Virus record (IMG/VR): IMGVR_UViG_3300030095_006531
Span: 12,457-76,456 of that record
From: a virus
Taxonomy: Duplodnaviria; Caudoviricetes
DNA: 64,000 nt
Strand: one strand, 5' to 3'
In this document: in pieces, positions 52,193 through 61,423 of the stretch
How positions within the stretch are numbered: the stretch's first letter is position 1
Layout: each line of letters starts with the position of its first letter
Program-made: the position numbers and the translations under genes
Notes under the pieces: model-generated
What the model was told of the DNA's origin: nothing
What the model saw: the letters and a program-made list of their open reading frames with translations, nothing else
Database searches by the model: none

Positions 52193-52408
52193 CTATTCTT
52201 CTAATTCTTTTCTTTTCTGTTTTTCAATCTCAGCCAATCTTCGGAAATGTTTTTCTCTTTTGATTTCTGATGGTTTTTTATAATATTGTCGTTCTCTATA
52301 TTCTTCAACAATATTTGTTTTTTTTGATTTGCGAATGAACCTTTTAATTAGGTTTTCAACCGTTTCGTTTTTTCTTTTTCGTACTTCCATTACTTCAATT
52401 GCTTCCAA
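52193..52408 (-). CDS. rpsU: Ribosomal protein bS21 homolog
   Basis: ETVENLIKRFIRK...EYRERQYYKKPSEIKR; likely start is ATG 52390 (TAATG coupling). Confidence 0.88.
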   Translation of the reverse strand: MEAIEVMEVRKRKNETVENLIKRFIRKSKKTNIVEEYRERQYYKKPSEIKREKHFRRLAEIEKQKRKELEE

Positions 52409-52812
52409 GCCCCGCCAGCAATATTGACGATTCCTGTAATATCTACACCGGGATCGCTTGGGTCCATGTCCCGAAGTGCCCCATGGCCTTGAGATTTATT
52501 TTTGCCGCCAGATGTCATTGGTTTTACACCTTCGAACACGCCTTTAAGACCGGTAGAGTTTTCTAATTTTTTTCTGGACTCTGCCAAATGTTCATGAAGG
52601 TTGCTGCCAGCTTGAATTTCCTGCTTTATTTTGTTAAAATTATTTGAATTTTGTTTCGGTTTTGTTTTCACTAAATTAGCAGATTGGTCGTTATTTAAGC
52701 CGCGAGCGACTTCAGTGACAATACCTGATATTGTCCCATCTTCAAAAATCACTTCCTTTATACATTCTTTGATAAGGGGTTTTAATATTTTTTTTAATTC
52801 GTTTTTATTCAT
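52390..52812 (-). CDS. Hypothetical head-module protein
   Basis: LKKILKPLIKECIKEVIFE leader; ends DPGVDITGI. Confidence 0.65.
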   Translation of the reverse strand: MNKNELKKILKPLIKECIKEVIFEDGTISGIVTEVARGLNNDQSANLVKTKPKQNSNNFNKIKQEIQAGSNLHEHLAESRKKLENSTGLKGVFEGVKPMTSGGKNKSQGHGALRDMDPSDPGVDITGIVNIAGGAWKQLK

Positions 52813-53414
52813 TTGTTGCCTACAATGTCGTTCAATAAACGGTTTAATCGATCAGCTTTGCTCCAGAGTGTTTTATTCTTTGATTCGTTCATCGTCATAT
52901 AGGCACCTTGTGTTGAAGGCTCTGAAACAATATCAAAACATATTAGCTGAAAGTCATCTTCCACCAATGTTTGCCCTTGCTGCTCCCGAACTGAACCCAG
53001 ACCTCGGGAAGAAATACCAAGCATTACCCCATCATTTATAAGAGATTCTAAAATTTTCCCCGAGGGAGTTGAAAGAACCTTAATCTTACCCATAAGATCT
53101 TTCCCTTCCCACCACATGGAAGTAACCACATGGGAGGCATTTTTAAGATTCACAACAGAATCTTCAGGGTGATCAAGTTCTCCACAGGCTCTGCTTTCTT
53201 TCACAACTTTCATGTAATTCTTAACTTCTCTTTGTAAAATCTGTGCAGGATATACCCTTCCATTTCCGTTTTGCTCGTCACATCTTTGCATAACTCCGGT
53301 TAAGAACACAGTCCCTTCTTTAACTTGCCTTTTTTCATCTTCCGTTAAGAGATCGTGGCAGACGCCACCGGCACACAATTCAAAGTATTCTCTTAAGAGG
53401 TATTTACTATTCAT
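52809..53414 (-). CDS. Prohead protease (T4 gp21-like)
   Basis: NGNGRVYP, GELDHP, GISSRGLGS and FDIVSEPST; start moved to ATG 53414. Confidence 0.93.
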   Translation of the reverse strand: MNSKYLLREYFELCAGGVCHDLLTEDEKRQVKEGTVFLTGVMQRCDEQNGNGRVYPAQILQREVKNYMKVVKESRACGELDHPEDSVVNLKNASHVVTSMWWEGKDLMGKIKVLSTPSGKILESLINDGVMLGISSRGLGSVREQQGQTLVEDDFQLICFDIVSEPSTQGAYMTMNESKNKTLWSKADRLNRLLNDIVGNK

Positions 53415-53754
53415 CGCTTTCACCCTTTTTCTTGGCTTCTTTGAGTGTACTATAAAATTCTTTGGGAGACTCTCCACCACCCAAATCTTCGTGACCATCC
53501 AGCATTCGCCAAACATCGGCGACTTTTTTGTGGATAAGTTCAAAATCAGGGGATACTTCCTCTGTTTCGGCCATTTCGCCTCGGTATTCGTGTATTACAT
53601 CCAATGCTTTTCCAAGAGTCATATAAACAATTGAGGCGATAGGGATCTCGTTCTCTCCCATTTTGTTGTCGGGGAAATCGCCCTCGGTCAAGTCAGAGGA
53701 ATAGTTGAGTTCCTCTTGAATTATATTTACTAGTCTTGTTTTAGTGATTTTCAT
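53407..53754 (-). CDS. Hypothetical protein with MKITK leader
   Basis: MKITKTRLVNIIQEEL. Confidence 0.65.
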   Translation of the reverse strand: MKITKTRLVNIIQEELNYSSDLTEGDFPDNKMGENEIPIASIVYMTLGKALDVIHEYRGEMAETEEVSPDFELIHKKVADVWRMLDGHEDLGGGESPKEFYSTLKEAKKKGESDE

Positions 53755-53757
53755 AAC

Positions 53758-53859
53758 TTATTCCTTTGCGGGCGCAACCCGCACGGGCTTGCAGCCAGCT
53801 TTACATCGACGTGCTGGACGCAACATACGTTTTTTTGATGTCCAAATATTGTCAAACAT
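53758..53859 (-). CDS. Small basic 33-aa protein (not in the ORF track)
   Basis: AAGGAG SD then MFDNIWTSKKRMLRPARRCKAGCKPVRVAPAKE; fills the gap. Confidence 0.55.
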   Translation of the reverse strand: MFDNIWTSKKRMLRPARRCKAGCKPVRVAPAKE

Positions 53860-54142
53860 GGTGACTCCTTATATTTATACCGGAATCCCCAAACACCATA
53901 TTGAGAGCATAGGAGGTTCCAGAACTCAAACACCCCAGCAAAAATGCTGTAACAGGTGAATAATCAAATGTAAATAGTTCTGTATGTCCGTTAATTGCCC
54001 ACAAAAAGATTCCTACCCAAAATCCTATACACATGGGGCAAGAAAAGAAGTGATATGATGGACGAATTTTATCAAAAATTTTTCCGTAAACTAAAATTTG
54101 AGTAAGCCCGTATGAAGCAAGGGCAAACAAAATTAAATTCAT
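53852..54142 (-). CDS. Small membrane protein (DUF1360-like)
   Basis: FFSCPMCIGFWVG with three hydrophobic segments. Confidence 0.7.
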   Translation of the reverse strand: MNLILFALASYGLTQILVYGKIFDKIRPSYHFFSCPMCIGFWVGIFLWAINGHTELFTFDYSPVTAFLLGCLSSGTSYALNMVFGDSGINIRSHHV

Positions 54143-54705
54143 TAATAATATCCGTAGCCGCTCAAGTATGCCCTAATTCGATAAGGTGTGATTGAACCTT
54201 TTTTAGGTTCTTCGGGAACCTCGCCCAACTCAGTTGAATCTTCTGCTGTTGGCTCTAATAGGTGATCCTCTAGTTCATTTTCAATGAAATCTTGCATCTC
54301 TAAATGAGGTGCCTGAGCATCAATAAATTTTTTAGTTGACAGAAGAACCACTTGGCTGGCATTTACACCTTCGTCTGCTGGTTTTGGGTATGTTGCCTCT
54401 AGGCTGCCAAAAACATTGCCACTCCTAATACTACCCGGCAGTACAACACCCTCGTTTACCAGATATTTAAAGTAAGAATTTTGAATCGCATAGATTTCAT
54501 CACTTAACTCTTCTTTAGGAAAAGTAATAACCTTGCTCAGTGACGTATCAAGAATTATATCGATAAGATTGTGTTCCAGTACCATGATTTTTCCGTCCAA
54601 AGTCTTTCGGACTTGCATAGAAATTTTAACTGGATCGTCCTGACGCTCCGTTTCTGCAAGAGCTTCAGTTTCTGAATCTGAATCGACTTTAATTTTGATC
54701 GCCAT
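54142..54705 (-). CDS. Hypothetical protein
   Basis: Coupled ORF in the head module. Confidence 0.6.
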   Translation of the reverse strand: MAIKIKVDSDSETEALAETERQDDPVKISMQVRKTLDGKIMVLEHNLIDIILDTSLSKVITFPKEELSDEIYAIQNSYFKYLVNEGVVLPGSIRSGNVFGSLEATYPKPADEGVNASQVVLLSTKKFIDAQAPHLEMQDFIENELEDHLLEPTAEDSTELGEVPEEPKKGSITPYRIRAYLSGYGYY

Positions 54706-55522
54706 CTTCTTTTAACTCCTCAGCCAATGCTTGAATTTTAATTATTTCTTCTACCATTTGTTTATCGGGCTTTCTTTCTTTGCAAGAATCTAGAATATCT
54801 ATAACTTTTTGTGCATTTTCAGTCATTTGAGAGTCCGACATAATCTCATCTTTACCAAAAGACATTTGCAATTCTTTTTTTAATCGTCCCACCTCTTCAT
54901 TTAAATAGTTCTTTAACTCAAGACCGTTATTATGAAAAGAAGTAACAAACTTATTTAACAATTCTTTTTGTGTAGGGAGGAGTTTTTCTGAATATTCTTG
55001 ATTAAATCTTTTAATGAAAGATTTATACACCAAATTATCAATCGGCACCATTCCTTCTGTAAGTTTTTGGGAAGACATTTTTTCTACAATTTCACCTTCC
55101 AAAAGAATTTTAGACTTCACTGGTATTTTGTCATTAAAAATTTGAGCAATAGAGGCCAAGTCTTTGTAACTGGGGACAAAATTATTAAAAGCTTTTTCGC
55201 TGGCTAATTTTTTAATTTTTCTTGTCAACTTGTTTTGTTCAGAAACTAACTTTTTCTTGTTAATCGCAGCATGTCGGAGTTTTACCTCGGTCAACATCTT
55301 TTCCGCAACAACTGTGTCAACACTTTTAGTATTTATGATGGCTTGGTAGAGTTTCAACTCTTGATACATCATAGAATCTCTTGAGTAAAACTCTTTAATT
55401 AAAGAAGTTAAGCTCTCTCTTAGTTCTAAATTTTTAGAAATAACTGCTTTTGTTAATTCCTGAACCAATACTTCATATAAAAAAGCACTATTTTTCTTCT
55501 TGTTGTGTTTAAATTTAGCCAT
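54689..55522 (-). CDS. Hypothetical head-assembly protein next to portal
   Basis: KHNKKKNSAFLYEVL; coupled to the portal stop. Confidence 0.6.
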   Translation of the reverse strand: MAKFKHNKKKNSAFLYEVLVQELTKAVISKNLELRESLTSLIKEFYSRDSMMYQELKLYQAIINTKSVDTVVAEKMLTEVKLRHAAINKKKLVSEQNKLTRKIKKLASEKAFNNFVPSYKDLASIAQIFNDKIPVKSKILLEGEIVEKMSSQKLTEGMVPIDNLVYKSFIKRFNQEYSEKLLPTQKELLNKFVTSFHNNGLELKNYLNEEVGRLKKELQMSFGKDEIMSDSQMTENAQKVIDILDSCKERKPDKQMVEEIIKIQALAEELKEDGDQN

Positions 55523-57510
55523 TATTTGTTTCCGCTTTTACCTTTTCTTTCAAGATTTTCAATAATTTTTTGAATTTCAATGTCATTTTCTAACACCCTA
55601 AGCTCATCTTGAGCTTGTTTGTCATTATAATTAGTTTCAAGTTTTTCATAAATTCCACGAGCAAGTTGATTCAGCTCGGAGGCACCTTTAAATATATTTC
55701 TGGCTGTATTTTTTCCTGTCTCTTCTGAGTATTGGGCCTTGTATGAACGATTTCGCGCACCCATATCTCTTTTGTCAGTTTTAACCGGCTTATATTTTTT
55801 ACCTTTTGCACCAGGTGTTGTATATTCTTGTTGCCTTAATCTCCACTTCATGTCGTTTCTTTTACCAGGTTCGGCAAGATCTGTGGCGGGGGCGGCTGCT
55901 TCATCCGGTGATGCGAGAAGTGTTTCTTCTCCTTCTTCGCCCGGAGCGGCAGGCTCGTCTGCGGCGGCATCTGCGCCGAGGGCATCACCCAAACCAGCGG
56001 GTCCACCCAAGCCATCAGAACCACCCATGCCGTCCATGAGCCCTGATTCCTCTGCGACAGCATCATAAGCGACATCGAGTTGTTTGTCAAAAAACAACTC
56101 GCGTTGGTTACGCACAATTTCTTCATCAGACAAATCAAAAATATGTTTAGAAACCCATCTACGACTAAAGAAGCCTTCTGTTGCTGCACCAGCAATTTCA
56201 AACTTTGTACGCCAATGCTCAAGCTCTTGAAGTTCTGCAATTTTAGAAGGCTGATTGAGGCGTATCTTAAATGAAATTAAGTCTTTGTTTTTATAACCTA
56301 ATGTATAAAGGTGAATAACGGCAATCTTTTCCAGCTCCGAAACGATGCTTCTTTGCAATCGGGAAATAGTACGAGCAAAGCGAATGTCTCTTTGAGCAAG
56401 AGTTGTCTTATCTTCGCTCCCTTCGTCTCCTTGAGTGAGATAGGATGCAGGGATTTTTAAAGCAGAAAATAATTTGTCTCGCAAATATTTTACATCATCA
56501 ATATCTCCGGTGTATGTTCCGCCCGGAAGAGATTCAATTTTTGTTCCACCAGCAGTTCCACGAACAGGAATAAAATAATCTTCATCAACTGACATCGGAT
56601 TGTAGCGCAAATCAACACGACCTGAGTCTGCATCAATAACTTGATTTCTTTTCATTTGTGTTACGATTCTTTGCATATGTTGTTCAACTTCGCTTTCAGG
56701 AATACCACCAACATCAATATAAAAAACTCTTCTTTCTGGTGAACGAACAACACGATACGCCATCATTGCATCCTCAATCAACATCAACTGTCTCCAGATT
56801 CTGCGAGAAGACTCTAAAACAGATGTTCCGTATGGTGCATATTTGTCATTTCCTAAAATTCTAAAATGTGCGACTTGCCAGTTTTCAAAAGTAAGTCCAC
56901 CTGAATTCCATTGAAATTGAACATAATTCGGATTTGTTTTATCTTCACCCTCCATTCTTTGGACTTCCGCAGGCGGCAAACCAATTACAGACTTAACTCC
57001 TAGGTTTTCATCAATATCTAAATATAGAAAGTAATCCCCATACTTACACATGCTTCGACACCAACCATAAAGGTTAAAATCTACATTTAAAACACTATAA
57101 AATAAATCATTAAGAACGCTTTTAATTTCTTCGTTTGGACAATTGATGGTTAGGATTTTTTGAAGAGGAGAACTTGTAGTCATCTCATCTGCATAAATAT
57201 CTAAACCTGATGCTAATTCAGGCATAAACTCCATTTGATCAAAATCTATATACCTTTCTGCGCGGGCCATGTTGGTGGCTGATTCGGCATAGATGCCGTC
57301 GAATGGGCTGTATGCAGTTTTTTTAAAATGAAGACCACCAGCAGATTGAAACTTGTATTTATCAAGCTGCCATCTTTTTAGTTGTCGTGGGTTTTGTCGC
57401 TGATATTGGGTCAAAGGACCGGACAAAAGCCTAGTCAGGGCTTTGAAAAGAAAATTATCAGGATTCCTTGTGTTTGAAGTATTTTTATTATTGTTATTGT
57501 TGTAAGCCAT
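55522..57510 (-). CDS. Portal protein (T4 gp20-like) with a long C-terminal extension
   Basis: LMLIEDAMMAYRVVRSPERRVFYIDVG, EDYFIP and DVKYL..KLF.ALKIP. Confidence 0.95.
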   Translation of the reverse strand: MAYNNNNNKNTSNTRNPDNFLFKALTRLLSGPLTQYQRQNPRQLKRWQLDKYKFQSAGGLHFKKTAYSPFDGIYAESATNMARAERYIDFDQMEFMPELASGLDIYADEMTTSSPLQKILTINCPNEEIKSVLNDLFYSVLNVDFNLYGWCRSMCKYGDYFLYLDIDENLGVKSVIGLPPAEVQRMEGEDKTNPNYVQFQWNSGGLTFENWQVAHFRILGNDKYAPYGTSVLESSRRIWRQLMLIEDAMMAYRVVRSPERRVFYIDVGGIPESEVEQHMQRIVTQMKRNQVIDADSGRVDLRYNPMSVDEDYFIPVRGTAGGTKIESLPGGTYTGDIDDVKYLRDKLFSALKIPASYLTQGDEGSEDKTTLAQRDIRFARTISRLQRSIVSELEKIAVIHLYTLGYKNKDLISFKIRLNQPSKIAELQELEHWRTKFEIAGAATEGFFSRRWVSKHIFDLSDEEIVRNQRELFFDKQLDVAYDAVAEESGLMDGMGGSDGLGGPAGLGDALGADAAADEPAAPGEEGEETLLASPDEAAAPATDLAEPGKRNDMKWRLRQQEYTTPGAKGKKYKPVKTDKRDMGARNRSYKAQYSEETGKNTARNIFKGASELNQLARGIYEKLETNYNDKQAQDELRVLENDIEIQKIIENLERKGKSGNK

Positions 57511-57512
57511 TT

Positions 57513-59102
57513 TTACCCTTTAATCAGCCAACCAAAATCTTTATAATTTTTGTCTGCTGTCTTTATTTTATCAAAAGATTGTTGCTTTTTGTAGCCAAAC
57601 ATACCAGGAATTGTTGTATTTAATTTTGTATTTGAAGAAACCATTGAGTTTAAAAATGCTCTTTTATATTTTAAATCTTTGGTGTTCTCTTCTAATACCG
57701 TGTCCCTAACCCAACATGCAATCGCTAATGACATTACTAGGTCATCGTTGTATCCTCTTTGAGCTTCTGGTCTGCCGTTCCTCCAAACAAAAGTCTTTAA
57801 CTCTTGATAAGTTCTAATAGATTTTATCGTAATTAGTTCATTTCTCACGAATTCTTCAAGTTTTGCAACAATCAGTGGTCTTGTTTTTTGAGATGTTGTA
57901 AAACCTGGTACGGCATTTGATACACTTTCGGCTAAATATTGCTCCACATATTCGTGTGTTCCCTTTGTAGAATAATAAATATTTGAATAACCAGCGTCTA
58001 TTAGCTTCTCTAACACAGAAAACCCTATATTGTTGTTTTCCACAATAAGCATAGCGTCACCATATTCTTTACCAGCATCAAACAATATTCGAGCAAACAA
58101 ATCGGTTGTTGGTTTTCCTCTATATTCTGCAACTTGTTCCATTGTGCTTGTTTTAAAAACGTGAAAAACTGAATAATCATTTCCATCGCCACGAGCAACA
58201 TCACCAACCATCAGATATTTATTTTCTGGATTGTATTCTTCCCATATCCAAAAGTTTCTGTCAAAACCTGTTTGGTGTTTTGGATCTCCACAAGCTGCAT
58301 GAATTGTGTTAAGGTTGTCCGGATGTATTACAGTTTCACCAGAAGCATTAAAATTGCACTCATATTCTTGTGCAACACGACGCCTTGAAAGGTTTCTTGT
58401 GGTTTCATCAAACCATGCTTGATCTCTTTCAGGGTGCAAAGTCCAATGAAGGCGTGTTGGATGAAAATCATTTTCCCCAGATTCAGATGCAACATATGTT
58501 TTGTGAAACCAATTGCCAACACCATTTGGAGAAGAAAGTGCAATACATCGACCACCTGCTGCCATTGTAGGTTGAAGTGCTGTCCACAAATCTTCAAAGC
58601 CTTCGATGTGCGCTGCCTCATCAATGACGAGCAGTGAAAGTGCTTCTGAACGACCAGCGTCTGCGGAGGTTGATGATGCTTTTATTTCTGAACCGTTATT
58701 TAAAACAAACGATGATCTGTTGTCGATGGCTATTGTGGCCAACTGATCAAACCAAGGTGGCAAAAGTTTAATCATTGCTTTTACTTTCTTAACCAAGTTT
58801 GAAGCTGTGCTGAACTTTGTGGCAATAACAAGAATATTTTTGTCACGATGAAACAGCATCATCCACGATACATAAGCAGCAGTAATTGTAGATATACCCA
58901 TCTGCCTAGATTTTAATATCACATTGTTGCGATAATCGTTAAATTTGTATAGTAATTCTTGTTGAAAGTCCCACGTCTTGAATGGTACTTGTCCGCGAGT
59001 TGGGTGTGAAATCTTGCAATAATTGTCTATAAAATAAACAGGATCTTTCCCACACTTAACAATTTCTTTTACTAAGTCTTTCTTTGACAAATATTGTGAC
59101 AT
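57513..59102 (-). CDS. Terminase large subunit (gp17-like)
   Basis: ILKSRQMGIST, LLVIDEAA, SSPNG, GDVARGDGND and DDLVMSLAI. Confidence 0.95.
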   Translation of the reverse strand: MSQYLSKKDLVKEIVKCGKDPVYFIDNYCKISHPTRGQVPFKTWDFQQELLYKFNDYRNNVILKSRQMGISTITAAYVSWMMLFHRDKNILVIATKFSTASNLVKKVKAMIKLLPPWFDQLATIAIDNRSSFVLNNGSEIKASSTSADAGRSEALSLLVIDEAAHIEGFEDLWTALQPTMAAGGRCIALSSPNGVGNWFHKTYVASESGENDFHPTRLHWTLHPERDQAWFDETTRNLSRRRVAQEYECNFNASGETVIHPDNLNTIHAACGDPKHQTGFDRNFWIWEEYNPENKYLMVGDVARGDGNDYSVFHVFKTSTMEQVAEYRGKPTTDLFARILFDAGKEYGDAMLIVENNNIGFSVLEKLIDAGYSNIYYSTKGTHEYVEQYLAESVSNAVPGFTTSQKTRPLIVAKLEEFVRNELITIKSIRTYQELKTFVWRNGRPEAQRGYNDDLVMSLAIACWVRDTVLEENTKDLKYKRAFLNSMVSSNTKLNTTIPGMFGYKKQQSFDKIKTADKNYKDFGWLIKG

Positions 59103-59107
59103 ACATA

Positions 59108-59698
59108 TTAAATAGGTTTTTTATTCTTTTTTGGTTTTGGTGTCGGTTTTTTAGTTTTGCCGGACAAGTCATCAATTGCATCTTCTACAGTTTGAAATCC
59201 CCACCAATCATATCGCTTCGGTTCTTCTTTGTCGTCTTTAGATTTCTTTTTAGCTTTTGCTGCTTTAGCCTTCTTTTTATTCTTGTCGTCTTCAGAACCG
59301 GCTCCGGGGATTTTTTTGCGCCCATCATCATTGTCATCATCTTTTCCATCACCGGCATCGCCACCACCACCGAATATTTTATCCAGACCGTATGCTACAA
59401 TCAAAGAGCGAGGAATTAACTTGCCAAGATCCATTTTAAGATTTTTTCCGACCCAAGTGCTGAGTTGTCCTGGTGTTTTCTTCACCAGTTGAGAAGCGAT
59501 TTTGTTTGCGGCAGAAGGTCCAAGGCGTTTTGTAAGCTCTCGCCCTACGAAAGGAACTATAGCTCTTGTAGCCGAGGAACGAACTGCACCCATCGCAGCT
59601 CCCATTGCGGCGGCGGCGACAGCCGGAGCTACTTCATTTAAAAACAATTCAAGCTCTTCTTGAACGAGTTGTTCTAAAAGGGTGGTGTCAAGCTTCAT
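59108..59698 (-). CDS. Hypothetical protein with MKL leader and a Lys/Asp-rich tail
   Basis: MKLDTTLLEQLVQEEL..FLNE. Confidence 0.6.
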   Translation of the reverse strand: MKLDTTLLEQLVQEELELFLNEVAPAVAAAAMGAAMGAVRSSATRAIVPFVGRELTKRLGPSAANKIASQLVKKTPGQLSTWVGKNLKMDLGKLIPRSLIVAYGLDKIFGGGGDAGDGKDDDNDDGRKKIPGAGSEDDKNKKKAKAAKAKKKSKDDKEEPKRYDWWGFQTVEDAIDDLSGKTKKPTPKPKKNKKPI

Positions 59699-59701
59699 GA
59701 T

Positions 59702-60277
59702 TTATGAGCGAGGTTCTTCGTCACGCTTTCCTTTAACGTTTTCTGGTTTTTTAGTGTTTGGAAATTTGTCTTTTCCAAAACCAAGCCAATTTTTAAAAGC
59801 AGTATCTAGCCTTTCTTCAACAGTTGTCCCTAGTTCAGGTTGTTCTGGCATTCCACCAATTTTAAATTTTTGTGTGGCATTGCAAATAGAGCGAACACGA
59901 CTTGTTGATTGAACGAGAATATCAGGTTCTTTATCAACTTTGGTAAGAGTCAATCCATTTCCAGTGACCTTTTTATATTCTTTCTTGAGGAAGGAAGCAA
60001 TGTCTTGTAGTCGTTGAGAGATTTCACCTTCAAAATCACCTTTATGAACTTCTCTTAGTGTGATTTCACTTTGATATTTCAAAATCAAAACATCACCAGC
60101 AAACGAAACTTTAAAACCATCAATAACTCGTTTGTCCAAAATAGGATCCCCTTCTTCACGCTTTAATCCAATTTTAAGTGGTTCTCCATTTTCATCCAAT
60201 GAACCGTCATATGCATTTGATGCTGCTTGTTGAATACCGTGAATAATTTCTAATACATTTGATTTTTTCTCAGCCAT
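59702..60277 (-). CDS. Hypothetical protein
   Basis: 191-aa ORF, tightly packed. Confidence 0.65.
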   Translation of the reverse strand: MAEKKSNVLEIIHGIQQAASNAYDGSLDENGEPLKIGLKREEGDPILDKRVIDGFKVSFAGDVLILKYQSEITLREVHKGDFEGEISQRLQDIASFLKKEYKKVTGNGLTLTKVDKEPDILVQSTSRVRSICNATQKFKIGGMPEQPELGTTVEERLDTAFKNWLGFGKDKFPNTKKPENVKGKRDEEPRS

Positions 60278-60280
60278 TAT

Positions 60281-60613
60281 TTATTCCTTCTCTTTTTTCT
60301 TTAGCCAACACCCAAAACATTGGTTAAATTTTACCATGTAAAGATCGTCCCTTGAGCTAAACGAATAAGTTTTGCACACAGGACAAGTTCGCTTTGATTC
60401 TTTCCTAAATAGTTTCTTAGGCATTAAAACACCATCAATCTCTATTTTCTCTTTTGGTTTCTCTTGTTTAGCAATTTTTTTAATCTGTTCTAGATATTCT
60501 TTTTCTTTTTCTTCGTCCCAGGTTGCTTTTGGGTTCTGAATTGTTTCTTCACCATACTTTTCTTGAATGGCATTTTCAACCTTTATTAGGTAATTGTCGT
60601 CTTTGTCTTTCAT
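60281..60613 (-). CDS. Zn-ribbon hypothetical protein
   Basis: CPVC...CFGC. Confidence 0.6.
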   Translation of the reverse strand: MKDKDDNYLIKVENAIQEKYGEETIQNPKATWDEEKEKEYLEQIKKIAKQEKPKEKIEIDGVLMPKKLFRKESKRTCPVCKTYSFSSRDDLYMVKFNQCFGCWLKKKEKE

Positions 60614-61059
60614 TTAGCGATTTCAGTTGATGCGTAAAAAATTGCAATCGACATTCCTGCTCCCAATACAAAACCAATTGTTGCCCACCAAGTATTATCA
60701 GAGCCTTTTGCCAACCCTCTTAAGGTTTCTATTTCTTCTTTTTGTGCGTTGTAAATCAATTTATTCTTTTTTCTTTCAATCTCTAATTCGTATTTTAAGT
60801 AATTTGTATCACGATCACAACCGGCTTTGGCCATAGCCTTCTCATACTCTAGCTCTACCTTACACTTTTCTTGTTGATATTTTTTGTCTGCAATTATTTT
60901 TGCAGTTGCCACCGGGTCAAAAAGTGTTCCCTTGAAGGGCGCTTTCTCACCCTTTTCCACAAGAGCAAATTTTCCAGAAGTGCTTGTTGTTGTTTGGGCT
61001 AAACTTGTTGAGGAAAAAAATAAAATACTAGTCAGAATTGTTGCGCTTTTTAGGAACAT
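60610..61059 (-). CDS. Exported coiled-coil protein with a C-terminal TM helix (spanin-like partner?)
   Basis: Signal-peptide-like N-terminus; ends WWATIGFVLGAGMSIAIFY. Confidence 0.5.
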   Translation of the reverse strand: MFLKSATILTSILFFSSTSLAQTTTSTSGKFALVEKGEKAPFKGTLFDPVATAKIIADKKYQQEKCKVELEYEKAMAKAGCDRDTNYLKYELEIERKKNKLIYNAQKEEIETLRGLAKGSDNTWWATIGFVLGAGMSIAIFYASTEIAK

Positions 61060-61423
61060 ATGTTAATCCAAATAAATCAGAAATCTCTTTTGAGATTTTG
61101 TCTGGTTCATTATAATGTTTTTTAACAATTTTTTTAATCTCTTTTTTGCTTTTTGCTTTCAATTCTTTGTTTTGCGATTCTCGTACTCGCTCAATTGCTG
61201 CAACCGCATCTTCATATTCTTCTTGAACTTTTTGTTTTGCCACAGTTTTTTCTACGGCAGCAGTTTCGATTGCTAATTTTTCTTTTTCGTAGGTTTCTTT
61301 TTGGGCATCAATAATTTTCAACAAATCATCACTTTTACTTTTCATTATCACACCAATGATAATGAGTGCGGGTATATACCAGTGGGTCTTTAAAAAGGAA
61401 AATATGATCTTTAGAGTTTTCAT
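61028..61423 (-). CDS. N-anchored coiled-coil protein (i-spanin-like)
   Basis: WYIPALIIIGVIM followed by a long coiled coil. Confidence 0.5.
   Translation of the reverse strand: MKTLKIIFSFLKTHWYIPALIIIGVIMKSKSDDLLKIIDAQKETYEKEKLAIETAAVEKTVAKQKVQEEYEDAVAAIERVRESQNKELKAKSKKEIKKIVKKHYNEPDKISKEISDLFGLTYVPKKRNNSD

Noticed and set aside
53415-53543. Long N-terminal extension of the prohead protease
   Set aside because: It overlaps the 53407-53754 gene; ATG 53414 gives the normal coupled start.
53872-53879. Canonical T4 late promoter TATAAATA on the sense strand
   Set aside because: A single instance inside a coding region; not the pattern found before structural genes.
53751-53933. 60-aa track ORF
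   Set aside because: It overlaps the membrane gene; the SD-led 33-aa frame at 53758-53859 explains the region better.
188-59912. Many plus-strand and short antisense ORFs in the track (e.g. 357-734, 38025-38495, 38529-39053, 48523-48951, 52631-53041) and minus ORFs over the fibre gene (16093-16548)
   Set aside because: They lie opposite well-supported genes, have no motifs or SDs, and look like shadow frames.
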